Assembly (NCBI RefSeq): GCF_009914755.1
Contig: NC_060940.1
Source of the DNA: the human T2T-CHM13v2.0 reference genome, Homo sapiens
Length of the DNA: 64,000 nt
Strand: one strand, 5' to 3'
Numbering within the stretch: position 1 is the first letter of the stretch; every line of letters begins with the position of its first letter. Positions 14,085 to 26,446 of this stretch are shown piece by piece. The notes below the pieces were generated by a model that was given only the letters and a program-made list of their open reading frames with translations, searched no databases and was not told the DNA's origin. A program made the translations under genes and the position numbers.

Positions 14085-14435
14085 CACACAGTTGATTAAT
14101 TTTTTTCCCCTTGAATTTCTTCCTTGTCAAATGGGAGGAAAAAGTTGTTGTGTTTGTGTATCAGGCCCATTAGCCTAGATAAACCGTTGGCCTCCCATAA
14201 TGATTAATGATAGAATAGTGCGGTTGTTGCAAAAATAAGTCATGCGGTGAGGAGAGAACTGAAGATTATATCTAACGCCAGGGGATGGCTTATTAATCTC
14301 ACTTCTGGAGGAATTCCTGAGTAAATCAGTCTCCTTTATTAATGATATTTCACTCTGCTCTGTGAGACATCTTTTATCCAGCCAGAAGGGCAATTATCTA
14401 TTTAGGCCAGGAAACAATATTAGTTACTGCCTCTG
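14085..14435. promoter_or_regulatory. Candidate conserved non-coding element / enhancer
   Basis: AT-rich non-repeat block with TGATTAAT, TAATGATTAATGA 14198-14210, TATTAATCT, TTATTAATG, CAATTA and AACAAT. Confidence 0.5.
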
Positions 14436-14569
14436 CTCCAGGGCAAGGAGAGGAGCAAGAGAAGAAGGGAAAGAGAAACACACAGAGGGCTCCTGTCCCC
14501 AGACTGATGGGTGCCAGAGTCCCTTAAACCTACAGGCAGTTTCCTTCCCCATGCTAAAGGGGCTCAAGT

Positions 14570-14623
14570 GGTGTGAGTGTGTGTGTGTGTGTGTGTGCAT
14601 GCAAGAGAGAAAGAGAGAGAGAG
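14570..14623. repeat. (GT)n followed by (GA)n microsatellite
   Basis: Seen directly. Confidence 0.9.
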
Positions 14624-15278
14624 ATTTGGGCAACGAGGGCCTGGGGACAGTTGTGCCACTTCCTTGCTTGAAATAGCCAATGCTGGTTCATTTATTTAAT
14701 GAGCATCTATGAGCATCTACTATGTGCAAGGCCTTTGCCAGGGCACTGAGGGTCTCCCGGAATGAACAATGCATGGTACTTATCCTCTGTCCTGGAGTCC
14801 TTTCTGCTTTGCAATTCTGTTTTCATCTAATCCGTCTTCGACTGCAGTTTGGGGGAGAACAGGGGATTAGATAGCAGGCCATCACAGAAAAACAAGGTAT
14901 TTTCTAGATTTAAACTATCATGTTTCTGTTTATCACATGGCAGCTATTGTATAGATCCAGCAAGAAGACTGGGGGAACTTATTTAGCTGGATCACCGGGA
15001 AAAGTAACCAAATCACTTACCCTCTCAAAGGATATTTGCTAAATTTGTCCATCTTCTTGTCTTCATCATTCACTCATTCCACAGGCATTTAGGGGGCACT
15101 CACTAAATGGCATCACCTGTATCAGGTTCAGGGAATCTGCGATATGTAAGATCTGATTCTTGCCTGTTAGGAATTTATAGCTAATGGGAGAATTTGGGCA
15201 TGAAAACAATATAACAACCCCATAAGGTAATAAGGGACAATGAGTTCTATGTGCCCAGCTCAGTGGCAGGCACAAAAT

Positions 15279-15330
15279 ATGTGTGTGTGTGTGTGTGTGT
15301 GTGCATGCTTGTGCATGTGTGTGTGTGCAT
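15279..15330. repeat. (TG)n microsatellite
   Basis: Seen directly. Confidence 0.9.
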
Positions 15331-15897
15331 CTGTACATGTGTAATGGATGGGAGAAATCAAAGGATGCATGCTGCGGGGCGTTTGCCACGTGTTTACGTG
15401 GATTTGACAGCCGTTTTGCCTGACTTCCAATCCTGGCTTAGGTGTTTTATCAGCTCTGGGACCTTGCGAGTATCTCTCCATCTCTCTGAGCTTCAGTTTT
15501 CTTATCCATAAAATTGGGCTAATGATTGCAATTTCTTGGGAATTTTTGTGCCAACACTTTATTATCCCAGTGAGTTTTTTTTAAGAAGATCAAGTATGCA
15601 GAGATGGTGCACAATCAAGAAATTTCTGTAGATGCCCCGGAAGCCAAATCTCTGTCCTGAAGGCCAATCCAATATAATGACAATTTCAGTTGTTGATTTT
15701 TGAGCACTTAGTTACAATCCAGGCGCTATTCTAGGTGCTTTACATAGGTCATCTCTCTGGATGAGTCAAATCCTGGGAATCCGGGGACAGGTTAGGAATT
15801 GTTTTGGACTGAGCACCCCATGAGTGACTCAGACAGGAAAGTGCTCTTCACTTTTAGGGGAAGGCCTCGGAGAGAGCCCGAGGGGTTGTCTATGGCT

Positions 15898-16050
15898 TCA
15901 GTACCTCAACGCAAGAGGACACTGCTGACCAGCTGCATTGGAGTCACCTGGAAGCTTGTTAGAAATGCATAATTTCACCCCCTCTACATCTGTGGAATCA
16001 GAATCTACATTTTAAGAAGTCCTGCATATTATGTTTGAGAAGCACTATTC
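15898..16050. mobile_element. MER5A-like hAT-Charlie element
   Basis: tcacctggaagcttgttagaaatgca...gaatcagaatctacattttaa...tttgagaagcact. Confidence 0.7.
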
Positions 16051-16804
16051 CAGTACATTCTCCGTTGCAGCCCAGGACCCCCTTTCTTTCACCCCTCTTG
16101 CCTCTGTCCAGCCATGGGCACTTCCTATCTGTGACTTCCACCCCACCACGGGTAGCTCTTCCCATGGGTCCTGCTTGTTTTCAAGTCTACATTGCAGGAC
16201 CAGGGTAGGTGTGGAAGCCTTGGGGCTAGGGGGCTATCAGGAGGTCAGCAGCACAGCAACTCCCCCCACAGCCTGGAGGGAACGGCACTGGGCCTGGGGT
16301 CCATCCAAGGGTAGGCCTTACTCTGTTCGGGATGCAAGGCATGGTGCTACATCCTCGCCTGGCAATGGATGCCTTTAACCTCCTCATTCCCACCCCGGGA
16401 AGTAGGCACTGCTTTGTTCTCACTTTACAGATGAGAAGACGAAAGCGCTAAGAAGTTACATTCTTGCCCACGGGGACTCAGCAGCAGAGCCTAATTCAAG
16501 CCCAGGTCACACTGTTACAAGCACTAATCATTAGGCAGCATAGCCCCATCTCCCACCCATCTCCCACCCAGCTTCTCTTCCAATGTCCAGGACTAAACTG
16601 CAGGAAGCAGCCCCTCCCACCTTTCCTAGCTTTGGCCTTTTTTGGGCAGGAGTTCCATGCAAATGGTCCTTCCTCTGCCAGAGACTGGTGGACTGAGCCT
16701 CGTTCAGGGTGCGGGCAGTGCCTGGCATGCGCTGGTGGGCAGCGGCAAAAGCTGAAGCCCAGCCCCCTCCGTCAGCACTTTTGCTGTCCCCCCAGCCCTC
16801 CCCA

Positions 16805-17200
16805 TCCCAGTAATTAAGTAAGTCTCTGGAAGAGGAGCCTGTACAGTATGTCATAAAATCTCTCTGAACTACCTATATTTACCCCTGAAAGTGAATTCTT
16901 TATAAGACCCAGGATATCAAAGCGGCCGGGGATCAAAGTCGTTTTAATAAGCCAGCCGAGTGTGCCTGCCCAGCCTGGCCTCCTCCCGCTGCCCTCCTTG
17001 GAAGGCACTTAGGACGCCCCTTGGGCCGCATTGTCACTCTGATTCCTCACTGCACACGCCTTTAGGGGAACAAAAACGCCCGCCCCTCTCATTCCCAGGG
17101 CCCTGCCCACCCTGTCATGCACAGGCTGTGTGTGTTCCGCATTGGTGTGTTTGCAGTGCCTGGAAGTAACATCAATAACAAGGCACGGGTCACGATGTGC
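16805..17200. promoter_or_regulatory. Candidate Wnt/TCF plus HOX/CDX enhancer
   Basis: TAATTA 16811, GTCATAAAA 16850-16858, and two ATCAAAG sites (16916, 16932) around GCGGCCGG; CpGs retained. Confidence 0.45.
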
Positions 17201-17304
17201 TGGGAGGGTCGGAGCCAGGTGTTGCAAACTGGCCCACCATTGCCTCTAGTCCACACAGAGCCAAAAAAGAGTGAATTAGGTGCAGCTTTAAAAATTGGAA
17301 CAAA

Positions 17305-17500
17305 GTCAGGAAAAATGGTTCCCTTGGGGTTGGTTCCTGGAAAGGGGTTGAGGAAGGCTTTTGGTGTGCTGGTCACCTCCTGTTGTTGATTTGGGTGTTA
17401 GTTACATGAGTGTGTTCGGTTTAAGAAAATTCATCAAGCTGGATAATTAAGATGTGTGTACTTTTCTGTATGTGTGTTATATTTCAGAAAAAATATTTTA
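17305..17500 (+). mobile_element. L1ME/L1MC 3' end fragment
   Basis: gatttgggtgttagttacatgagtgtgttc...aaaattcatcaagctg...ttttctgtatgtgtgttata. Confidence 0.7.
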
Positions 17501-17832
17501 AAAGCCTGAACATTTCAAATACAATTCCGCTTGTCCAGATTCTAAGGAGATCTGGTCACCCTGGACTGAATTCCCACATGACCGAAATCAGTGGGAGCTA
17601 AGTCATGGCTGCTGCCCAGAGTGGGAGAGGTGGGCTTCTCCCAGTCCCTGCCCAAACCACCTCACACATCTATACCACCTGCCTGCCCTTGGAGGAATTT
17701 CAGTTTGAGATCCCTGGTCTAGTTCAACCCTTTCATTGTACTAATGGGGAAACTGAGACCCAAAGGGAGAGAGACAGTAAGTTGATACCAGACCCAATGT
17801 TTAGCTGTTGATTTAGACTTGTTGTCACACAT

Positions 17833-18035
17833 CAGGTGTTGGCAAACGATGGCCTGCTGCTTGTTTTGTAAATAAAGTTTTATTGGAATCTGTGATGTCC
17901 ATTCATGGATGTATTGTCTATGGCTGCTTCTGTGCTATCATGGCTGAGCTGAGTGGTTAAGACTGAGACTGTATGTGGCCAACAAAGCCCAAAATACTGA
18001 CCTTTTGGACCTTTACAGAAGAAATTGAACTCTGC
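17833..18035. mobile_element. MER58A-like hAT-Charlie element
   Basis: ttggcaaac...gtaaataaagttttattggaa...tgtctatggctgct...acctttacagaa. Confidence 0.8.
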
Positions 18036-18743
18036 CTTACATGATAATGCTTCCTATATCATGGACCAGCAGCAAGTAAAATGAAACCCAGTTCCCCATT
18101 CAATCAAGACGTCTATTCAATGACTCCTGTCTTCAGTGCCATGCTGAACTTAGGATGGGCCTGCCTCTCTAGATGGGAGCTAAGATATGTATGGTAGGGT
18201 GGTCAGGGACCTGGGTTCTCTGCCACTAAGGAGCAGTGTGGCTTTGGGAAGGGGTCTTAACTTCTCTGGACCTCAGTGCAGCCCACGTGCTGCCCCTGTA
18301 GTGTTGTTGAGAAAATCCTGAGAGCTGATGGGACTGAAAGTGCTTTGGAGGTTCTAAGGTTAAAGGGGTGGTGATGATTCCAATGGTAATAACACTATTA
18401 TCTAATAGTTCCATGAACTGGGCTTAGCGTTTCTGACGGACTATCTTATTTCATACTCACAACAAATCTTTGAGGTAGGTTACTATTATTGTGCCCATTT
18501 TACAGATAAGGAAACTGATTCATTTAAGACTTCAAGAGGTTCAGTCAGTCCACAAAAATTTATTGAGCGCCTTTTAGATTCCACCCTCTGCCACTATGTT
18601 TTTGGCTCTAGGAATAGAACAGTGAACAAAACAGAGACGCATGAAGCCCTTCTAATAAATCAACTTGCCCAAGGTCACACAGTTAGAGAGCGTGGCGCTG
18701 ATATTTGAACTTAGCTTTGTCTCTGTGAGTAGACTCGACTCTC

Positions 18744-18964
18744 TTGTTGAAGGGCAACGATCATGTCTGAGAAGGAGCAAGGAGAAATGAAGGCCAGAGA
18801 CCTGGGACCTTGGCCCTGGGCCACCTCTCCAGGCTACTCCCAGTTCAAACCCGATGACCTGTATCTAGAGCTCACACCTGGATGCTGCCTTCAGGAGGCC
18901 CCTGGAGAGCTCCCAGGAGCTGAGCAGCTCTGTTCAGTCATCTTGTTGCTTGGGGACCTGGAAA
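18744..18964 (+). repeat. Local dispersed direct repeat A, copy 1 (partner 20241-20446)
   Basis: Shares ttgttgaagggcaa, gaaggccagagacctgggac and ggcccctggagagctc-caggagctgagcagctctgtt with the partner. Confidence 0.9.
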
Positions 18965-20240
18965 CATGTCAAGTGGACTGCTCTCGAGGCTGAGTCCAGC
19001 CACAGGCCGCACAGTTGGGAAGCTGTTTGAGGCCTTCTCAAGGTGAAGAATCATCCCCTACTTGCTTCCCAGTGACCCAAGAGAGCCTGCAGGGAGGCTC
19101 TGGGCCTTGGTACTTCTTGGGGACTTGAGCTGTGTGGGGTGTCCACAAATCGAGTGATAGAGAATCTTGACACTGGGGCCTTGAACATGGCTTCTCCACT
19201 GTGAAGAGTAGGAAGGATGGAACTTGAGCCCAGGGGCTGGGGATGAGCAGGTCCCACACCCCAAGACCTTGTTCAAAGGCCCCCACTTGGGGAGAAGCTG
19301 CCCCCAGTGCTGTTGCCTCTGCGCCGACTCTTGCACCTACCACGAGGCTCCCGGCTCACCCCAGGGCATCACCAGAGGGGGCTCGGAGTCTCCTTCCCTC
19401 TGAGACTGTCAGTTCCTGGGACACAGGGATAGGGCTGAAGGCACTTTGGGTCCCCCATGCCAGCACACAGCCTGGCCCAGTGAGGGGCAGATGTGCTGAG
19501 TAAACAAAGCTTGTTTTTTTGTTTTTTGTTTTTTTTCTGGGTCTCCAGCCAACTCTTGGCTTTGGGAAAGGAGGAGTGGGGGCTTGTGCAGTGGGGTGGC
19601 TGGTGGGAGTAGCTTGTTCATGGCTGGGAACACTTTCTGTCTCAGGCTCCTCTGCCTGCCCTGAGGTTTGTAGGGAGCCCCAGAAACCTCCCCAAAGTCA
19701 TCCCACCCACTTCCTGGGCCTAGGAAGGGAGAGAGTTGGGTACAGCCCCTTTCACAATACCCTGAGGGGTCAAGCAAAGGGGCTTGGAGAAGCCCAGGGG
19801 GACAGCAGTAGCTCCTCCTTGTGGCAAGAAGAGAGGAGAGAAAAGGAAGGACTGAGGGCTCCGGAGGAGGCCCTCACCAAGGAGACCCAGGTGTTAGTGA
19901 CAGCTGGCCCATGCTGGGTCCTCACCACGTAGCAGGCACTATCTTAGGCACTTTACCTCCACTCAGGTATTTAAACCTCACTGCAAACCTGCAAAGAAAG
20001 GGTTAATAATATCTCTTTCTCACGGATGAAGAAACTGAGGATCAGAGATGTTATGTAGCTTGCCCAAGCCACACAGCTACAAATTGGGAGGTCCAGGATC
20101 TGGCTTCAGAGCCTGGTAGTCCCCCTCCCCAAACACACACACACACACACACAATCCCAGCCAGTAGCTGATCAGATCTTCACAAAACTCAAGGACCTGA
20201 TCAAATCAACATTTTTCTTCAGAGCCAAGGCTAAGGAGTT

Positions 20241-20446
20241 TTGTTGAAGGGCAATGACGGCATGAGAGGAGGAGAGAAGAGGAACGAAGGCCAGAGACCT
20301 GGGACGTTGGTCCCTGCCACCTCTCCTGGCTTCTCCCAGCTCAATCCCAATGACCCACATCTAGAGCTTGCACCTGGAGGCCCCTGGAGAGCTCCTAGGA
20401 GCTGAGCAGCTCTGTTGGGTCATCTTGTTGGTAGGGCATCTGGAAA
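20241..20446 (+). repeat. Local dispersed direct repeat A, copy 2
   Basis: Lies 1497 bp downstream of copy 1 and carries a 14-bp deletion. Confidence 0.9.
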
Positions 20447-20451
20447 TAAGG

Positions 20452-20576
20452 CGAGAAATTGAAGGAGGCGCTCACTCTCAGTGGCTGCCTCTGCACTTGC
20501 ATAAGCACCCGAGTGAGAGCTGCCTTAAATTTTCTAAGTGACTGTGCTTCCATTGCCCCACCCTCATCCCAGCCCT
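20452..20576. mobile_element. MER96-like MITE fragment
   Basis: Inverted arms aaattgaaggaggcgctcactc / gagtgagagctgccttaaattt; ends caccctcatcccagccct. Confidence 0.55.
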
Positions 20577-21819
20577 TTCATAAGTGAGGAAACCAAGGCT
20601 TTGACGGAGGATGTGACGTGCTCAGGAGCACAAAAGCCTGACACTGGCATTGCCGGGAAGCAGGGGGGTGCCTAGGTCCCCACCAGCGTCTTGACCACAG
20701 TGATTGACAGATGCTTAAACAGGTCTCTCCCAAGCCATCTCTCCTGGGATTCCAGCCTCCACCCCTCCATCTAGGGTATATCCCTCCCTCTCCTGCAGAG
20801 CCAGTGCAGGTTCTGGCCCTGTCTCCTTTCAGTCTCCTCTTGCCAGATTCCAGCTGCAGGGACTGTTCTCAGGCTTAAAGTAGGGAGCACAGCTGGTTGA
20901 GGTTAGACTCAAAGCATGAAGTCCTCAACCCGAATTTCTCCCTCCACCCGCCTCTCCACCCTTTTTCCCAGTTCCCAGACAAACGCCTGGAGAGGGCACT
21001 GGCAATGAGCCAAGGAGACCAAGGAGGCAGGAACTCCAGACAGCACATCCTTTTCTCAGAGCTCAGTGGACCCTCTCAGATTCTTGAAGACCAACGTCAT
21101 CTAGGGATCAGTATGCCCATTTAACAGATAAGGTCATCGAGGCTTCCACAGAGACAGTGCACCACCCAGGGACACCAGCATGATGGTGTTTCAGCATGAG
21201 CTGGGATCCAGCCCGCCTGATCCATCCTTTTTCTTGGGAAACGAGGGAGAGTGGAAAATACTTCCTCATGCCTCCGTGATAAGTGTGTGTGGATCTCATT
21301 TGAACCCCTTCTAGATCAAAGTGCGAGTTTTCCCTGGTTAAGCTTTAAAAAATGACTTTTGGGTTTTCAAAAGAAAATGCTCTGCTGACTTATACATCAA
21401 TAGCTCACTTAAATCTTAGGGAATTGCACTATTAACATTTTTTTCCCTCCTTTTTACTGGTCCTCCTCCAATTCTTACTACTCTGGATCCCAGGGGGCAG
21501 AGCCCAGGTACCTCCAGGCCCTCTGCTCTCCATGTTGGAAAGGGGCCGGAGGAATAGTGCAATGCTCTATGGGGGAAGACGCTCTTCCCAGGGGGTTCCC
21601 CTGGGATCTTCACCGGGGCTGTGGCATGGGGCCTGTTGTTCTGGGGAAGCCAAAGCTAGTGTCTGCTCAGAAAAGGGAGCATGATGGTCCCACAGGGTAG
21701 CTGATGGAACCTCCTGCTGTAGGTTTGCAAGGGCTGGATGAAGATTGGGAAACAGTTCCCTAACAGGGACCATAATGAGACTGCAAGATACAGAGGGAGT
21801 CCCACAGCATAAATAGGCC

Positions 21820-22290
21820 AACACATTTGTTCATTTCTCCTTCTTGAAATTTCCTTTGCAATATCCGCCCCCACCCCTCAAAATGGGAAAAATTGTAAAA
21901 AATGATAAATTGGGGTTTTGTGTGTGTGTCTTGTTTTAAACCAATATGATCTCAATTCTTTTGTGGGCTTTGAAAGTCCGTGCGGGAATTCCCCCCTCGC
22001 TGTAAATACCCAGCGTCCGGGCCTTATGGCATGTGATCTGTAATAAACTTCAAAAGAACACCTTTGACATTTTAGATAACTTGCAAATGATGATGCAGAG
22101 AGATCTTTTGCCACTACAAAGAAAGAACAAAAGAACCGACATGAAAGAGAAATCAATAAACATATGGCAATTAATAAAACATTTTCTATGAATACCCTAC
22201 AAAGAGTTTTACAACAGTATAAAAACCCAACAGTTGTTTCAATGTGGATTTAAGAAGTCTCAGCTGGCGTATTAAGGCATCCGTGCTGAG
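21820..22290. promoter_or_regulatory. Candidate conserved non-coding element / enhancer
   Basis: AT-rich non-repeat block with GGGAATTCCC 21984-21993, CTTTGAA, CCTTTGA, TGTAAATA, GTAATAAA, CAATAAACA and CAATTAAT. Confidence 0.5.
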
Positions 22291-23407
22291 CAGCACACGG
22301 GAAGGCCCAGAAAAACTGGGGCCAAGTCTGGGCTTGTAAATCCATCAGAGGGAGAGGTATAGATCAGATGGATAGTTGGACTGGAAAGGGGCCGGAGGAA
22401 TGGAGCAATGTATTCCTGTTTCAGGGACTAAAAATGCAAGGTGGGAACCACTGGTGAACACACCCGTTTGGAAGTTGGGCTGGGTCCCTGCAACCTCATC
22501 AGCTAAGCCAAGGTACAGTCACATTCTCAGAGATGGGCTCTGTAGCATGCCCAGAGACTTCCAGCTTCTCCATGTCCAATCTCTGCCAGCTTTCAATTGT
22601 GTCCAGCCTGGGGCCACAGTGAGATTCAGTACGTGGAGGTTTTTAATAATCAGTAAGGTGTGGGCACTGCCCGATCAGAAAGGAACCAGCTATACATACC
22701 CACAGATTGATTGTGAGCCCTGCTGAATTCTCAGCTGCAGCTTCTATGATGTTTCTTTCTTACCCCGGGTCCCGAGTTCGATTCCTGCCTCTGCCACTTC
22801 CAGCTCACTGAGTGGATTCTTTGGATCCCTTTGGCCTCTGTTTCCCCTTCCGTACAATAGGGCCAATGCTGTCTGCCCATTCCCTCTCCAAGGCTTATTC
22901 GGTGTTAATAGACATTAGTGTGACCCTCAGAGCTGTGTGCTTTTGGAAGTGGGTGAAGAGAAAAAGGCCCACTTTCAGCCTGGCTGTGTTGGGGCCATGC
23001 AATTTATCTGCACCTCCTCCCTACCTCATCCTCCTCCTTAGGTGGTCTTCATGGATTCATCTGTGTTTAGAAAATACCAGAGTCTTCTAGCCCTTTGTGC
23101 ATTTTGAAGTTTCTGCTTGACATCCCCTGCAAATCAAATGGGGTGAAAGACTCCTTTGAGGCTGGAGCTGGTGGCATCTCCAGCGTATCTCCCTGGAAAT
23201 TGTAAAGCTTAGGCTGGTGGGTGGGGCTTCTTTGGAAAACTTGGAGGAGAGTTAGAACTAGGCAGCCTGTGGTAGTTTGACACAGAGATAGCGCAACAAA
23301 CAGACCGGAGGACACGAGGAGGGCAGAGGAAAAATGAGGCAGATGCTCAGAGGCATTCCTCTCTGTGAGTGTGTTCTTGTGCAGGGAATTGTGTGTTTGA
23401 CTGCATG

Positions 23408-23408
<1 letters not shown>

Positions 23409-23438
<30 letters not shown>

Positions 23439-23440
23439 TG
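23409..23440. repeat. (TG)n microsatellite
   Basis: Seen directly. Confidence 0.95.
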
Positions 23441-24035
23441 TCTCAAAAGAAGCAGCCTGGTTGAGCAGAAAGGCAGAAAGTATTTGACCACTGGGTTAAA
23501 ATCTTTTGTGACCTTGGCTGAGATTTTTTTTAACATCTCTGGGATTTTGTCTCCCCGTCTGTAAAATGGATGCTAGATTACAAACATCACAGCTTTTCAT
23601 AACAATTAATGATCTAAAGGGTCCAAGATAGACTTCACTGTGCTGCCGCTATGAGTGATGGTGATGTCATCAATGATGGCGGGCTGATGGGCTGCCCTTC
23701 CTTTGTATGGGAAGGTGGTCTGGCCTGGATCTGCCCTCCCATGTTCCTTTGACTTCTTTGTCCCAGCGCATTAACTTTTGCTCACATATGGCAGTATAGA
23801 ATCCCCAAGTCAGAGGTTGTAGCACTCCATCTGCCTCCCAATAGCAGCCTCTACCCCTCTCCGCCCACCAGTGCCCCTCACATCTCCCATAACTGGGAAT
23901 AGCCTTCTAGTTTTGACCTTCATGCTTCTAAATCGGTGTGCTCACTACTTTCCGAGGTAGGCTTCCCTGTTCTGGACAGCTTTAAATGGTAGAAAGCTCT
24001 TCCTTATGCTGGGCTGAAATCTTTCTCCTTTGTCT

Positions 24036-24780
24036 TGGTGGTTCTCAGTCCCAGCTGCACCTTAGAATCAGCTGAGATGAACCAGAAATGCTGAATCAGA
24101 ACCTCTTGGGAGGGGTCCCGGAATGGGTCTTTTTAAAGCCTCCCGGGTGATTGTTGTATGCAGCCAGATGGAGAGCCATTGCTACAACCACTGGCTCACT
24201 GGATAGGATGACCAGGGGTCCTCTTGGAAGTCTCCACTGGGGTAGGGAGGAGTCCCCTCGGGGAAGGGTCCCCAGCAGACTCAGGATCTAGACTGGAATC
24301 CATCGCTGCTCCTGAACACAGCTGGGCAAATCTTATGGAAGGGGCACTACTGCAGGGCAATTGCTTTGCACAGTGTGCCCACTGGCCCTCAGCTTTCATG
24401 TCACGGGAGACATGTGTTGGAAACACACATCCCCAGGCCGCACCCGAGCCCCAGTAAATCAGAATCAGTGGTGGTAGGGCCGCAGAAAGTGGCATTTTTA
24501 ATCTGGCTTTTCCCCACAAAGGGATTCTTTGCACATTAAAATCCAAGAAACCATTCTCTGGGTTAAAAGCAATGGCTTTGGGATCAAAGGGATCTTTGAA
24601 TCTCAGCTTCACCACTTTTCATCACTTTGGGAGAATCACTGAACAATTCTAGGCCTTAGTGTCTTCATCTGTAAAGTGGGGTTAATTGTATCTACCTTAC
24701 AGGGTTAATCCAAAGATTAGAGGAACTGATGAATATAAAATACACAGCCCTGACATGATTCATAGTAAGTGCTCAATATA
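24036..24780. mobile_element. Two MER5-family elements (~24036-24182 and ~24390-24555) and a MIR (~24560-24780)
   Basis: gtggttctca...ttagaatca...tgaatcagaa motifs; MIR core catctgtaaagtgggg...gtaagtgctcaata. Confidence 0.6.
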
Positions 24781-25439
24781 AGGGAGAAAATAATAATTGT
24801 TATTACTATGAATAATAATGATGGTGGCTGTTGTCAGGCTTTTCTCTTTCCTTGCTTTACTTCAGAGCACCTAGAGTCCCTCGGGGAAGCTCGAGGTGGT
24901 GGAAGCTATGCAGAATTTGAGGACAGGAACAAGAAACCAAGGGTTTCCTTTGCTCCTTTTGGATCCGGACAGAGAAACTGACTGCTTTTTGCTGGATTGG
25001 GGACTCAGCTGCAGTTCTGGCCCCTAAGCAGCTTTCTCTACAGCCCCCTTGAGGTAGTGACGGTACTGGCCAGAGAAACTCTAGCCTCAGCTTGTGGAGC
25101 CCCCTGAGATGGCCTGTCCTTCCCTGAGGGCTTTACCCCTACCCCCATGACTTCTAGCAGGAGGCCTGGCCTCAAGCCAACCAAATAAGGAGGTGGCATT
25201 GGGACAGTAGTGACAGTCCCCAGAGCCCATCAGATTCATACCAAACTTCAGACTTGGCCACAGCGTTTTCCATTTTCAGAATTCAGCAGAAGCTCTCCTA
25301 ACCAAGCTTTTTCTAACTTGTCAGATTAGCCAGTATCATTCATTCTTTCTGCAGGTAGCCTGGTTACTGCTCACTGAAGGCCCAATGCTCACCTGGCCCA
25401 TCACTTCTGAGTGCACACGCACACCTGTGTTCCATGGTG

Positions 25440-26285
25440 GAGCTGGCGAATCCATCCCAAGGGGGTTAAGCTTTTATGCCAGTTGTGCTTGTTATTGTGA
25501 TGACATAAATGCATTAAATATTACATGAACCAGTGAAATGGGAGTGCAAGACCAAGGAGGTGAATGCTTTGGAAGTCTCAGTATAGGGAATATTCTAAAG
25601 AAAAGGTACCGTCATATTAGAATGGAGCAAAATAACTACAAAAGACCATGAAAATGGTCAATATCTGGGTATATTCAGCATTCACACTGCTTTGCACATG
25701 CACGGAAGTTCTCACTCACATGGAAGAGAAGTAGAAATTGTAAGTGAGATGTTATGAGTTTCATTCATGTAAGAATGATTACCAGCTGGGCGCAGTGGCT
25801 CACGCCTGTAATCCCAGTACTTTGGGAGGCCGAGGTGGGAGGATCACAAGGTCAGGAGATCGAGACCATCCTGGCCAACATGATGAAACCCCATCTCTAC
25901 TAAAAATACAAAAAAAAAAAAAAATCAGCTGGGCATGGTGGCGTGTGCCTGTAATCCCAGCTACTCGGGAGGCTGAGGCAGGAGAATCGCTTGAACCAGG
26001 GAGTCGGAGGCTGCAGTGAGCAAGATCGTGCCACTGCACTCCAGCCTGGCGACAGAGTGAGACTCCGTCTAAAAAAAAGAAAAAAAAGAAGAATGATTAC
26101 CTGGAACTCCAGTTGGAGAGGTCATTCTCGAATTGCCCTGGTCCTATGTGAAAAAAAGTCAGTGAATGCTCATTCATTTATCATATTTAAGTTAAAATAA
26201 AACGCCTAGAGCAGATAAGTACATATTGTTTCTAGTGAGTTTATACTTTAACTTTCAGTTTTGATTACTTGAATTCCTACCTGGC
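25440..26285 (+). mobile_element. Tigger15-like TcMar DNA transposon relic, split by AluSc
   Basis: Decayed transposase-like 5' sequence (gaatgctttggaa...ggaactcca...ttaagttaaaataaaa) continues across the Alu. Confidence 0.55.
25784..26088 (+). mobile_element. AluSc
   Basis: Diagnostics gagatcgagaccatcctggccaaca and cctggcgacaga; perfect 13-bp TSD aagaatgattacc. Confidence 0.95.
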
Positions 26286-26446
26286 TGGTCGTTTAAGATG
26301 CATCTCCTGTTTCTCTTCAGATCAGCTGGATTTAGTTTGCTAACCTATCTTACAGAGGAGAACATAGAAGCTAAGCAACACAAAATAGCTTGCCCACAGT
26401 CTCAGAGCTGGTCCATGTTTAGCTGGATCCTGCTCCTTTGCTCACA

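Noticed and set aside
22765-22950. tRNA-like B-box GAGTTCGATTCC at 22774-22785
   Set aside because: There is no cloverleaf; it is followed by MIR core-like sequence, so it is a MIR head rather than a tRNA gene.
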